Origin: Perna viridis
Lineage: Eukaryota
Assembly: GCA_037379345.1 (NCBI GenBank)
Contig: CM074518.1
Span: forward strand, 26,784,001 to 26,848,000
Direction of reading: 5' to 3'
Length of the DNA stretch: 64,000 nucleotides
Below, piece after piece: positions 12,201 to 25,000 of this stretch. Under the pieces are notes generated by a model, which worked only from the letters and a program-made list of their open reading frames with translations, did no database searches and was not told where the DNA came from. Each line of letters begins with the position of its first letter. The first letter of the stretch is position 1. A program made the position numbers and the translations under genes.

Positions 12201-15200
12201 GGTGAAATACATACAAGTATCAAAATTGACTAGAAACATACATTGTAAACTGGTCTGTTCAATTAAAAAATACAGATGTTAACTAAGGTGTTTATTTATA
12301 TGTATTGCAGTACTGAATGTTTCCCCATCCCACTACCAGAAGGTGATAGTAATTTCCTAAACAAGTTCGGAACTAGATGTATGCACTTTGTGAGACGTGC
12401 AGCAGCAGCACTTCCTGATTGCCAGCCAGGTAACCTTAAGTTAATAATAAGGATTCGTCACGTGTAATAGCCACACTGGCGACAATGTATTCTACTTAAC
12501 GAATCGGCGTTTCCATGCAATTTCCTTGGTATATTTTGAATTTCCATTATATGCTCACCTAGCATTTCAATCCAACGTGTTAACGAGATATGGTCATTAC
12601 GAACAAGGAACTCCTTCCCAAAGAGATAATGTCTGAAGTATCTTACAAAATTAACTACAGAAAGTAACTCCTTTCTTGTAACACAGTACTTCCTTTCCGC
12701 TTTAGAGAGTGTTTACATGCACAGGAAATAACAACTTTGTTCAAATTATCGCCAACTTGTGAAAGCACAACCCATATTGCTCGACTGCTTGCATCAGTAA
12801 CTAGTATAAAGTTTTTTTTTCATAATCCGGGCATGATAAAATCGGTGCACTGATCTATCTTTTCTTCAATTCAGGAAATGAATCTTACACCCACTAGTCA
12901 AAATAAAGGGAACTACCTTTCTCATTCAAAACATGAATGCATTTAGCTATCATTGAAAATCTTTTTATGAACCTTCTATGATAGCTACAGAGACCTAAAG
13001 ACGATTTAACACACGTTACATTTGTGGGAAAAAGCCATACCTTGACAACTTCTATCTTAGAAAGATCTGTCTTTATACCCTCATTAGAAACAACATGACC
13101 CAAAAATAATACATTTTTGCACAGAATACAATTTTTAGGCTGAACTATTAAACCTGCTTCTTGTAATCGTTCAAAAATTCACTTCAAATTGGTCAATATA
13201 TTTTCAAGAGACTTCCCAATTACGATTATGTCGTCCAGACTCAACATATGCCCCTCTGAAGACTTGTGATCTCCATTGATCTCTATAACGTTTGAGCAGT
13301 ACCACATAATCCAAAAGGCATGACCGTAAATTGATACAAACCTTATTTGCATACAAACGCAGTCTTGTATATATCCTCTTCTTCTTACCATACTTGCCAT
13401 TAACACGAACAAAGGTCAAGAGTGGAAAACCACTTATTACAAGCTAACTGATCAAGATAATCATCTAGCCTCTTTAAAGGATACCCATTCTTCGCGGGGA
13501 TCAAAATATCATAATGACAGCAGCCGTACGGATAGATTTTATAAAACGTAAAAATTAAAGCATAACATATTTCTTTCAAATCTTTTACCCAGTCGTAGCA
13601 ATATCAAAGATAGCATTGACAACACGTATATTAAATTACAGCTCCTTGTCATTTTTGTCCTAGATGTTTAAATCTAACCCATTTTCTAGCAAAATATTTT
13701 GGTATGGTTATTTGTATTTTATTTTACCGATTTTTATTTATAATTATTTCTTTTTGATTGGTCTTCTCTGCTACAGGTCCAAGGCAACAGCGAAATGACA
13801 GGACTTCATTTGTTGATCTCTCATCAACCTATGGGAGCTCTGAAACACGATACAACGATCTACGACAATTCACGGGTGGGCGTTTGAATGCAAGTAAAGG
13901 TGATTTATTGCCATTTGGACCAGCAGTTATTGATTGTAGATCAGGTCGCCAACGATGTTTTAGCGCAGGTGAGTGTTAAATTGAGTACCACTGCATTTTG
14001 TAAAGGAATACAAACAACTAAAGATAATGAGATAAGCTTTTAAAGTGTTGATTCATTGCCATTTGGACCAGCAGTTATTGATTGTAGATCAGGTCGCCAA
14101 CGATGTTTTAGCGCAGGTGAGTGTTAAATTGAGTACCACTGCATTTTGTAAATAAATACAAACAACTAAAGATAATGAGATAAGCTTTTAAAGTGTTGAT
14201 TCGTCTTATGAAGGTTAATAATCTGATTAAGATGTCGTTGGGATTATTTCAATTTTTTGGTATCGGTTAGGCAAAGCATTTTTGTTTATGTCTAAAAATA
14301 CATAAAATACTCCTTGTTTTGAAGGCTGACCAAAATGTCACTAACTTTATGTTCTATGACATCGAAAAAAGTAATATCTATAGGATATCCGAGAAATTAT
14401 CAAACTATCACACCCTTCAGCTCATAGATGTGTTTTTATGTCTTTCAGGTGATGATCGACATCAAGTAGTGCCACAGCTTAGCGTAATTCACATTGTCTT
14501 CCTCCGCGAACACAACCGCATAGCTGCAGAGTTACAAGAAATTAATCCGCATTGGGATGATGAGAGACTTTTTCAAGAAGCAAAGAAAATTTTAACAGGA
14601 ATGCACCAACATATTGTTTACAATGAGTTTTTACCAATGTTTGTTGGACAAGAAACAGCAAGACAAAAAAATCTGCTAAGTTCGGAGAAAGGTTTAAAGA
14701 AGACTTACAATTCTAATGAAGACCCATCTACAGTAAATGAATTCGGAGTAGCTGCCTATAGAGTAGGCCATTCACTGGTTGGAAGATTTGTGAATGCATT
14801 AGACAAAAACTTTCACAAAGAAGTTCCCGGTGAAGGCGAAAAACTAAGAAAAGTTTTTCTAGACAATACTAGAATACGTGACGACGATTTTGGTCCTGAC
14901 GGTATTGGTAGATGGATGGCATCTACTTGTATGAGAGAAAGAGACAGGTTTATATCTGACCAACTGCGTAACCATCTATTTGAAGATCCTGTCGTCTCCA
15001 AAGTAAACAAAGCTAGTGACGGCTTCGATTTGATATCTATTAACATCCAAAGAGCTCGTGATCACGGTAAGGAACATTATTATTTCGAGGTTAAAGCTTT
15101 TATTGTTCACATCGTCGTTTGTAGACGGTTAACGTTACTATAGTAATACCTTAAAATAGTTCAATGCTGTCAATTGAGAGCGTGTAGTATATTCGAATTT

Positions 15201-17729
15201 GTTATCTTGTAGACATATATACATGAAGATAAACAGGCAAGTGGCCCTATTGTCGTTTTAAAACGTCGAAAAGTCCGGTATTATGCAGTACTTTGATATG
15301 ATGTAATGCATTCTTTATACCTCAGAAACCTTTTCTGCATATACAAGTTTTCCAGCATCTAGTAATATAGTTTATTTTTGGAAATAAGGTTGATTGAATG
15401 ACCATGACCTGATGAAATGTCACCGGTACATCACTGGACAATAAACAATGAAAAAGAAACTTTTTACCAAATTATCTAGTCAATGCTCCCAGTATTTAGT
15501 GGAGTGCGAGTTGATCATTATATTTGTTTCTCAGAAGGTATTATTTTCGTTACTTTATGGTCTTTGTTGTGTGTGTCTGTTTTCCCTGTCTGCTCTTTGT
15601 CCATGGATTGTGTTCTTTTGATTATCGCTAGCATCTTGGTTCCCTCGATTACTTTTAGATAGCTTTTAAGTGTATTAAACGCTTTCCATTATTTCTATTC
15701 CATACAGTAGCTTATTACATATATTTTGCTTGGTTTTGATAATTAAACTTTAGGATAACACGTTTTATCAATTATATTCTTTTTTACATTGTTGCAGGAA
15801 TACCAGGATACAACGCATTTAGAAAGTTTTGTGGTTTACCACCTGCTAAAGTCTTCAAAACAGGAATCTGGGGATTTGTTGACCATGATCATGAAACAGT
15901 TCAACGATTGGCAAAAGTTTACAGGTGACATAATAGATGATTTCTTTTATTTATCATTGTTCCCGTTGCTATAAAAGTAGTTACGAAAACAATTCTAATA
16001 TGATGTAAAGAGTACAAGTATGTTTTGCATGTAAATGGAGTTGTTTGTCTGCAAGGAATGTTTTGCTTTATTTAAAATTAAATTCAACAACTATACAGTT
16101 TTTTCCTAGATTAATTTGGCAATCATCATATTACCAATCAGAAAATGTGACAACAAATTGTAAATTATAAAAAAAAGTTTCCAAAATAAACTTGTTCATT
16201 ATGTTGGTATCTCACTTCATGAAGTGTTTCAGTATTGAAATCTTGATATCACTGAAAAATAATAATAAACCCTATTTATTCTGATTTATTTTATTGAGTG
16301 ACATTTTATGTATTTTAGTCATCCTGACGACGTTGAACTGTTTGTAGGGGGTGTCTCTGAGAAACCTTCCAAAAATGGAGAAATCCTTGGTCGAACTTTC
16401 AAATGCTTAGTATCCGAACAGTTTCGAAGAATGAAGTTTGGTGATAGATTCTTCTATGAAAATGATGACAATTATGTGTCGTTTTCTGAAGGTAAGTTTA
16501 GTATTGATAATCATATATTTGCTGTAGGTAAGTTGAGTTTAATGCTGATTTGGTATGTCAAATCATGTTATGGATAGAGGAAAACACAACTGTGTTTTTG
16601 CTTATAAATAATTAACCTGGTAGTTAAAGTCAATTTGTTCTTAGAAATACTTGAATGGTATCAGAGTGTAGCACGACCATTAATTGTTTAAGTTAAATTT
16701 TTACTCGTTTTTTCTTTGGTGTTAAATGTTACTTGAGTAAATCGGTTTTTCTTTTTTTTTCAGATCAAGTTAATACAATAAAGAAACAGACATTTGCAAG
16801 CATATACTGTCGTAGTTTAGGACTCCAAAGAATTCAACCAAAGATTTTTCTGAAGTCTGGAAAATATAGGTGAAAATTATCTGTTGTTACTTAAATGCAA
16901 TTTGTAGGCATTTGGATTTCAACCAATAAACCAGCTGTTTTTAAGTAACACTTCAGCTGCTGAGAATCATGCAAAATGTGATACAAGGATGGAAAGCCTG
17001 CATATTTTCATCTTTGATATTGTGTTTAAATGCTTATATAAACAGAAAATTACATGTGGCTTATCGTAAAACTTTTGTTAATAAGAGATAAAAAAAAATA
17101 TACAGAATGCACTGTAGAATTTAAAATTAAGGAAGATAACTATGTAAATGACACTAAAATACAATAGAAACTATTCGATTTCCAATTTGAATTAACTCCT
17201 AAAAGCAGACAGATTGAGACCAATAATTATACACTTAATCATATAGACCTATTAAGCAGCTTAATAACAAAAATGTGTATCCTTTTGGGGGTGTATGACA
17301 TTTAAAAGAATTTGCATGAGTCTTACAAGAGACTGCTGCTTAAACGCTGCAAATATACAGAGACAATTTTTGTATCGCACTACAGAATATTATCAATTTA
17401 AAAGAAAAGCGTACATTGGAATATTTAAATTTAAATAGTGTTTAAATATTTTACGAAAAAAAATCATTGTTTGAACACATTTGTATAGGTAGCCATGATC
17501 CAAATAATAAATACAATTGAATGGTAAAGGATATATCTTCTATGTTTATTTCAGTAACCGGCACAAGGAATGTAGTCAAATGCCAAAGCCAAATCTGATT
17601 TTATGGAAAGATATTAATTATAAACACAAGGTCACAACGACAAAACGATATCTCAAGAATGTCAGGTCGCTAACGAGAATAAGGACGAGAATAAATGTGG
17701 ACAAGAAAATTCTCAAATGGAAGAAATAG
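9239..17729 (+). CDS. Secreted animal heme peroxidase (chorion peroxidase/peroxinectin-like), paralog A, 750 aa
   Basis: GT-AG exons 9239-9386, 10416-10533, 10851-11074, 11473-11667, 11941-11998, 12311-12429, 13777-13968, 14449-15066, 15798-15924, 16319-16491, 16764-16869, 17555-17729 join in frame (2253 nt). Hydrophobic N-terminus (MLPNLIVSALACISITFS), YRTPDGTCN, distal GQFIDHD, TSFVD Ca-site, FLREHNRIA, proximal AYRVGHS, NIQRARDHG, GDRFFYE. AATAAA at 17784. Confidence 0.93.
9463..9738 (+). mobile_element. 3' UTR/pseudo-LTR of Penelope-like (Naiad-type) retroelement in peroxidase A intron 1
   Basis: Near-identical to 27185-27302, which directly follows an RT C-terminal coding fragment. Shares its 3' end with other copies in the window. 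Confidence 0.8.
12720..13260 (-). mobile_element. Decayed Ty3/Gypsy LTR retrotransposon pol fragment (RT to RNase H)
   Basis: Minus-strand translation gives LDDIIVIGKSLE..., LGHVVSNEGIKTD..KIEVVK.W..PTNV..VKSSLGLCSYHRRFIKRFS.IAK, then SAPIL..PD and FILVTDASS, with stops and frameshifts. It lies in intron 6 of peroxidase A. Confidence 0.88.
13907..14202 (+). repeat. 148-bp tandem duplication spanning an exon end and splice donor
   Basis: 13907-14054 is repeated at 14055-14202 with a small difference (gtaaaggaata vs gtaaataaata). Confidence 0.92.
15481..15655 (+). mobile_element. Diverged Penelope-like (Naiad-type) 3'-end fragment
   Basis: atgctcccagtatttagtggagtgcgagttgatcat...ttggttccctcgattact aligns to 9564-9736. 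Confidence 0.7.
16941..17343 (-). mobile_element. TTAA-bounded MITE, copy 2
   Basis: Diverged reverse complement of 7813-8213, with TTAA at both ends. Confidence 0.6.
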
Positions 17730-18642
17730 ATTACTGTAATTCTGAGAACTTCTCTGGTTTTATAGAAAAAGAATATTTAATCAAATAAACGTTTCTACAT
17801 GTATATACAGGTAGTGATGCAATTCATGGGTTAGCTCAATCAAGGCTCAATTAAGTCAGCATATTTTTTATCATTACACAATGCATTTTTACTAGAATGT
17901 AACAAATTTCATTAAACACGATTCTTGAAAAATACCACAATATTCGATAATTTATCCTTGTTTTGTTCTCAGCATCATGTACATTTTTGGTATGGAAACA
18001 AAAAGCCATATCTAATACAAATCATTTTTAGTGATGTCCTTCATTATTTTTACAGTTTTAGTACTTTTTTGAAGTATTGTCCTAATTGACACCACTCGTG
18101 GTAGAAGAAACATACATACAATGAGATTGTTAAATTGATAGAAACAGTGCTAACCTCAAGAAAGTTTGTCATTTGTAAACCAAAATACAAAATATTACAT
18201 GCAAGTTTGTTTATACTTGGCAGGAAACGTCAAGATGAATAATACTAAACTCTGATATACATTTACTAAAACAGACACAATATTAAAATCTGAAGTCTAA
18301 AGATCAACTCTTAAATGAATGAATACAATTTAGAGAATGACAGTAGCAGACATGGGATCACCATCTAGTTTTCTTCACAGCTGCGCGACTGACCTGCAGA
18401 TAATTTTGACCAAATACAATTTCAAATGTTACATGCAACTTATGGAAGTGACGGATTCCAGCTACATAATAAAGTCAAGCAAGAGTGCTTCCGGTGGTTA
18501 GAACATGTTTGTTAAACGCAAAACATGTTCAAACATCACACAAACAACCCTTAAATGGACCAAAAGGTCGCAAAACTTGTTTGAAATAAATTAAAAAGCT
18601 AAAGGTAACATCAGGTAAAGAGGAAGTAAGAACTAAGAAACA

Positions 18643-18743
18643 TTTCTGTAAATACCAAAGGGAAAGTAAATCTTATGCCAAAGCCAAAACTGGTTTTATG
18701 GGAAAAATTAGGATACCACAAGTATATTAAAACCAAAAATTAA
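18643..18743 (+). pseudogene. Degenerate duplicate of peroxidase A terminal exon
   Basis: Encodes MPKPKLVLWEKLGYHKYIKTKN* versus MPKPNLILWKDINYKHK in the real exon. The aligned acceptor reads tttctg instead of tttcag. Confidence 0.7.
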
Positions 18744-19755
18744 GTGGACTAAATAGATGACAAGTACATAAGAAAAAAAAACTCTCTTAACTTGTAGTCG
18801 CATGTCGTTATAAAGAAAGAATTGCAAGGTATACAACTTGCATCATTTACTTTTTATCAGATTTTCATTAATTCCAAATCTTCAGGATAAAATGTCTCAA
18901 TTAAACATCGAATTCCTTCCATAGAATACGTCAACATACAGACAGAAAGAGAAACCCAGTTAAGGAACACCCACAGTTACTGAAAGCCAGTACAAAACAT
19001 AAAACTTGACGAAACCTGCTAAACTACCAGTATTAGAAATAAGCATTATAAGCATTAGAAGACCGAGACCATACATTTCACACCGAATGAATTATATTCA
19101 CAACTACTAAATAGAAGTCAAGTTAGTTTTCTCTAGTGACTGTGTATGTGATATCCGTTTGGTGAGTGTTGTCTGTTTGCCAAACAATGTTGTCCATGAC
19201 ACTTCATGGTAAATGTACTGAATATTGCAACAATTTAAAAAATGTAACAAAAGACCAAGTACATTTACCGTTTTAAAATAACATGTTACTATTAAGTACG
19301 GGTCTGTCTAACAGAGATGATTTATCATATCTCCAGATGTCCAATGAAACTGTTCAAACTCATCTGTTGAGCCCCCCCCCCCCCTCTAAAAGAAAACTCT
19401 TCATGCGTTTATTTTCTTCGATCTGCTATATGTAGAGAAATAATTGTTGACTGATTGTAGTGTACAAATTCTTGCGGGAAATTGTCCCGTACTTTTCCAT
19501 AGATGATGTTACCAAACTCTAAGTGTTCATAACTCCAGTGCTTAACTTTCTAAGGCATCTCATTGACTAAAACAGTTTCCTTGAGACCTACAGAAGGATT
19601 TCCAATCAAACGAATTTTGAGATAAAGATATTATGCATATATCACTATTTATAGGCCTTTGTCTTAAAACGCGTCCAATGAAACCAAACGTTTGATTCGT
19701 GTTTTTTATTCTGTATAATATCATACAGTCACCATTTCACCATTTCATCATTCCA

Positions 19756-20535
19756 TTATTCCTTCCACAGCTGTAGATTGGGCTTCGGTAAAGAGTCACA
19801 TCGAACAAGTGGGTTCCTATAATAGAATTCATATCACACAATCAGAGCTCATATTGTCTCGATTCTGATACCCTATTCTCCAGCGTTCATTACAAGCAAT
19901 TAAGTGAGAATTACGTTTGTTCAGTGTAACATTCTGGTGGACCATTGTTTGAATTTCTCTAGAAAATCGTTTCTAGATGATATAATACACTTTACCATAA
20001 TTCTTTAAGGAATATACTAAACATTATAATCATAATTCTAGCTAATGTTGCAAATGAAGCTAAAATTTGGATACAAGGTGCAGCTAAAAAATACTTCCGG
20101 CTTTGTGATCTATTATACTAATGAAAATTGCAAAAATTATCGTTGATTACAAAAGAGGAAAATGTGCAAATAGAGTTTTTTTGGTATAGTGCAAGAGTAA
20201 ATAAATCTTGCATAAAATTTACATTACAAAAAAAAATGTCTCCTTGCTTGAAAACCAACTTTCAAGAGTTTGGTACAGACAGATTGTAAAAAAAATACTT
20301 ACTGAAGACTAATTTTTTCAAAAACATTTTTCTGTATATATTCGATACCAAGACTTCTGCAGTAAATACCGGCAAACGTCTGACGTTTAATGTCATTTAC
20401 TTGATCTGAAGTGTACAATCTAAACATGTATCACATGCATCATCATTTTTCCCCCTTATGATATAGGTCAAAAACTATATTTGTAAAAATAATCGCAAAT
20501 TTGACAATTCAAACATCGTTGGGAATTTTTCAGAC

Positions 20536-20624
<89 letters not shown>

Positions 20625-21963
20625 CTGTTTAAAAGGCCAGTGGAAGTCGAGGAATTCATTGAATTGATTAACCTGTCTCCTCAATTTAAGTCAGTTAGAT
20701 TTGGTCCATTTCGTTCCAATGTATAGCATATCCATTCAGTTGTCCTTTTATCAGAATTATCCAAAATACATGGCTCCCACGCTAATATCAATCTGTTTTC
20801 GTAGCGGAGTCTGAATACCCTTTTCGTTTATATGTATTAATTTATAATATGTTTATATGCTCGTTCAATATTAATAAGTATAATTGTACATTTAATTTAA
20901 TTCTGTATCAATATTCTATGTTTATGAATTTTTATCGATGAAGAAATAAAGACAATAATGAATATAACTTCATAGAGTCAACTGGAATAGAAACAATACA
21001 ATTCGAATAAGTTTAAAACTACAATTATATTGCACGTACCGAGTGTGAACCCAGTGTCAGGAAATGGATTTTCATAAAAGAAACGATCGCCTTCTTTATA
21101 CTTCCTGAACTGGTTTGCAATAATGCAACTGAATGTAGGACCAAGGATTCCACTAAAGTATGGAAAAGGGTACTGTGGTTTTTCAGAAATGCCACCGACA
21201 AACAAATCAACATCATCTGGATGGCTGAGGAAAACAAAAAATGGTAATAATGGTTAACACTAAGACATATTTAATCTAATTTTTAAAGATTGACCTATTA
21301 AAATTGGACATTACAGCAAAAGCTTTGCAATGGTTTAAAAAAATGCACCTGCGCATTGCTAAAAATGATGGATGTAGTCAGTCTTTGTGGTTTATAACTG
21401 AACACTATTATTCCTACTTAGAACTACGTACATCTATCAATTACTATAATCTTCACCATCATGTATTTTCCACACAATACCTTACCATGCACTTTTTTTT
21501 TCGTTTTGCTTTTTGCTTTCAAAATTTTAAGAACATTGTGGACGTAACTTTCCGTTGTTTTTAAAAAGTTTTAAATGTTAGGCTAGCAATGTAGATTTCA
21601 TTAAATTATTTCTGTTTTCTAGTGTCATTTCCGATTCCGATGGAAATTCTATTTTATTGTAATGATGAACTGCAAAACTACCTCGAAAAAAAAATACAAT
21701 GTGAAAACATTTATTTCCTGAAAAGTGCATCCTTAGATATATCCGTTTGTTTCAAAAATGAAGTGTAACGGTTCAAATAACATACTCGTAGACCTGCTTA
21801 AGCTTTTTGACGGTCTGGCTGTCATGATCCCTGAATCCCCAAAACCCGTTGTCAAATACATATGCTGGTTGTAAACCACACCACTTCCTATATTCATTGT
21901 AGCCAGGGATTCCTATGAAAATTTGATCAATTGTATTTTCTTGCACAATGAATGTACACTAAT

Positions 21964-22008
<45 letters not shown>

Positions 22009-25000
22009 GTGCACACCTTCTGAGTTTAATCATTTCAAGACAGAAATGATTGAGAATCCAGAAAATAAACCTTATCGAAAAAGATAGTTGGTGAAAAAAA
22101 GATCACAAATCTGATCTTAAAAAAGCTTACAATTTGCATATCTGGTTGTAATTATGATTTCCGACGGAAACGTTTGATCACCATTTTGTGGAGAGTTAAC
22201 ATTACGAACTTTACAATAAAATCTACTTTTTTCGTTTGAAGATAAAAAAGTGGGTTTTTGAATCTCAGAAATTATAGAAATTCATCTATAGCAATACCTT
22301 GACAAATATCTTCAATTGTAAGGATTATGTACGCATTTGAAGTTTTGTTACTATTGCATTTAACCGGCACTGTACAGTTTCTTTTTTCCATTAGTATATA
22401 TATGAAGTTTTATGAGATTTCCATGTGGTTTAGGCCATTTCAAGCTGTCGGGTTTGCCGATGGATGCTGATGGAGTACAGGTAGTTCGGAGGCCATGAAT
22501 CTTATTTCGATGTATTAATAACCCTGTTTTTGTTTTCATGGATTGATATGTTCTTATAAAGACTCATCATAAAAAAAACATATTCTTCAATAAATAAATT
22601 TTAAGGAAAGGTCTCGGTATCATAAATTATTTTGTATGTGCCTGGTCCTACTATACTAATAAAGATATTTAAATAATACAAAGCAATTATTGAAAAAATG
22701 CTAGGTCATTCCATTCGTTTTATCATTAAAAAGTAAACGTAGGGTACATAAGTTAAGTTCTATCAAAATTCAGGCAGGAAGCTTATCACAATACTTATCT
22801 TCAGATAACAAAAAAACTGTTTAAACACATTTGTTACGTCCTAAAACAACTCCCTTGCGTTTGTTTCCTTGGAGCTGCGATGAATCGTTAAAGATACTGA
22901 CGCGAAATTTTCCCGTAGTTTTCTATAGCAGAACGTAACCAAACTTTAAGTGTTGATATTTTAAGTGTCAAACTGTCATTTATGCTCTTATTGACGGAAA
23001 ACAGTTTCAATGAAGCAAAACGAGAATTTTGGATTTAAAAATGCATAAATCCTATAAATCTGTTTAAGGCAGACCTATACTACATGTAAAATGATTAAAG
23101 ATATCTTACTTGATAACAAAGCAATTTTGCTATCAAAATTATAATTTGTGAGCATAAAACTTAGGTTATGTGAACACTATTAAAATATAAGATTTGTAAA
23201 TCGAGATTAACACATGGGCTTTTTATTATTATTTATTTTTTTTGCACAAATTCCATAACCGTGTAAAATACCGTGTTTTATTTCCAAAACTATTCCTGCG
23301 AAGCCCGTACATACTCATTCTAATGACATTTTTCCTGATAGAAAGAATCTGCCCTTTAAAATGTCACTACATTGCAAACTAAGGCATTTCTAGAAAGGTG
23401 CTTAGATTCACCAACATATTTTTATCCCAAGTCAGTAATGTGTACGATTGTAATAGCAAACAACACAACGCCTAAAGATGTAATCACCAACAGAAATAAT
23501 CTTTAAAACATAAATATTATTATTATGTAAGAATTCAACGATAAATCTGTCGTGACATCTAATTTAGAATACTTATTTCTAATGATTATTGTTAAAATAT
23601 TCTTACCGTGATCCCGACCACGATGTATATTAAAAGCTGCCAAATCAAATCCGTCACTTTTTCCACCATTACTTTCTGTAGTCGTCACATTCTCGAACAA
23701 GTGATTTCTAAGTTGTTCGGATATAAATCTGTCAGATTTTCTCATCGATGTCTTCGCCATCCACCTTCCTATTCCCTCTGGACCAAAGTCTTTATCTCTA
23801 ATTTTACCATTATCAAAAAAATCGTGCTTCAAAAGGTCACCGTTTTGAAGAACAGGCTGGGAGTTTTGGTTTAATGCATTAACGAACCGGCCTACTAGAG
23901 AATGGCCAAATCTATAAGCTGCAACGCCAAATTCATTCATTGTGGAAGGGTCAACATTAGAATTATATATGTTTCTGTGACCATAGTTTGAGCTCATTAA
24001 ACCAAACCAATAGGAATGAAAATATCCCAGTATCGCAGGCAAGTACTCGTTGTAGACGATATGCTGGTAGATGCCTGTCAAAATTTTCTTTGTTTCTTGA
24101 AATAACTTTTCGTCGTCCCAATTGTTATTTTGTTCCAATTCACCAGCTATTCGATTGTGCTCGCGTAGAAAATTTACATGGATGACGGTTAACATTGGAA
24201 TTTCTTGATGTCTGTCGTCACCTAAAAAAACAATATTTTTTTCCTGAATGCCAGATACAATCAATTGCAAGCGTATCAAGTCTACAAGTGAGAAAGAACT
24301 TTTTAAACAGAGTATAATGCTAGTAATTTTCCACCAGGAATAGGTAAACTCATTGATAAAATATTTTTATCATACTACAACTACAAATAAACGAGTAAAG
24401 TACCAGTTATATAAGTAATAAAAACTTATTCTCGATACACTCGCTTTAGAGTTTCTAAGTCGCGATTTGAACCTTTAGTATTTTTAATGTGCGAGCTGCT
24501 AATCCAATGGAAGATTTACTCTAGTGTTGTGCTTATTGTCGTTAGAAGCTACATGATCTCTATGTTCTTTCATTTGCTCTTTTTTTTCTTTCTGGTTTCT
24601 GTTAGTGTTTAAATTTTGACATATGTAATATGTAATACACTACCGACCAGAATTAAAACACTGTTGTACTGTCGACTTGCAATCGTCTACCTTTGGCCCG
24701 AATGGTAGAAGGTCTCCTTTACTTGCGTTCAAACGTCCACCTTAAAAAAACATTTTAGAAAAACAATTCTTCATCATTTTACTTATCGTTACATATTAAA
24801 AACTATTGCCAAAACATTAAAGAGAAAGTTATACCTTGGTGATACAAATTGTTCATGAGGCAGGGGTATGAGGCTTAAAATAGCTTCTACATGAGGTTTA
24901 TTTCTACTGTCCTGAATGTGCTTGCATTTAAGTATCAGTCCAAATAATATTCAGAAACAGCCAATGGTAAAGTTATTCATGGTGTTGAAAAACCAACAGA

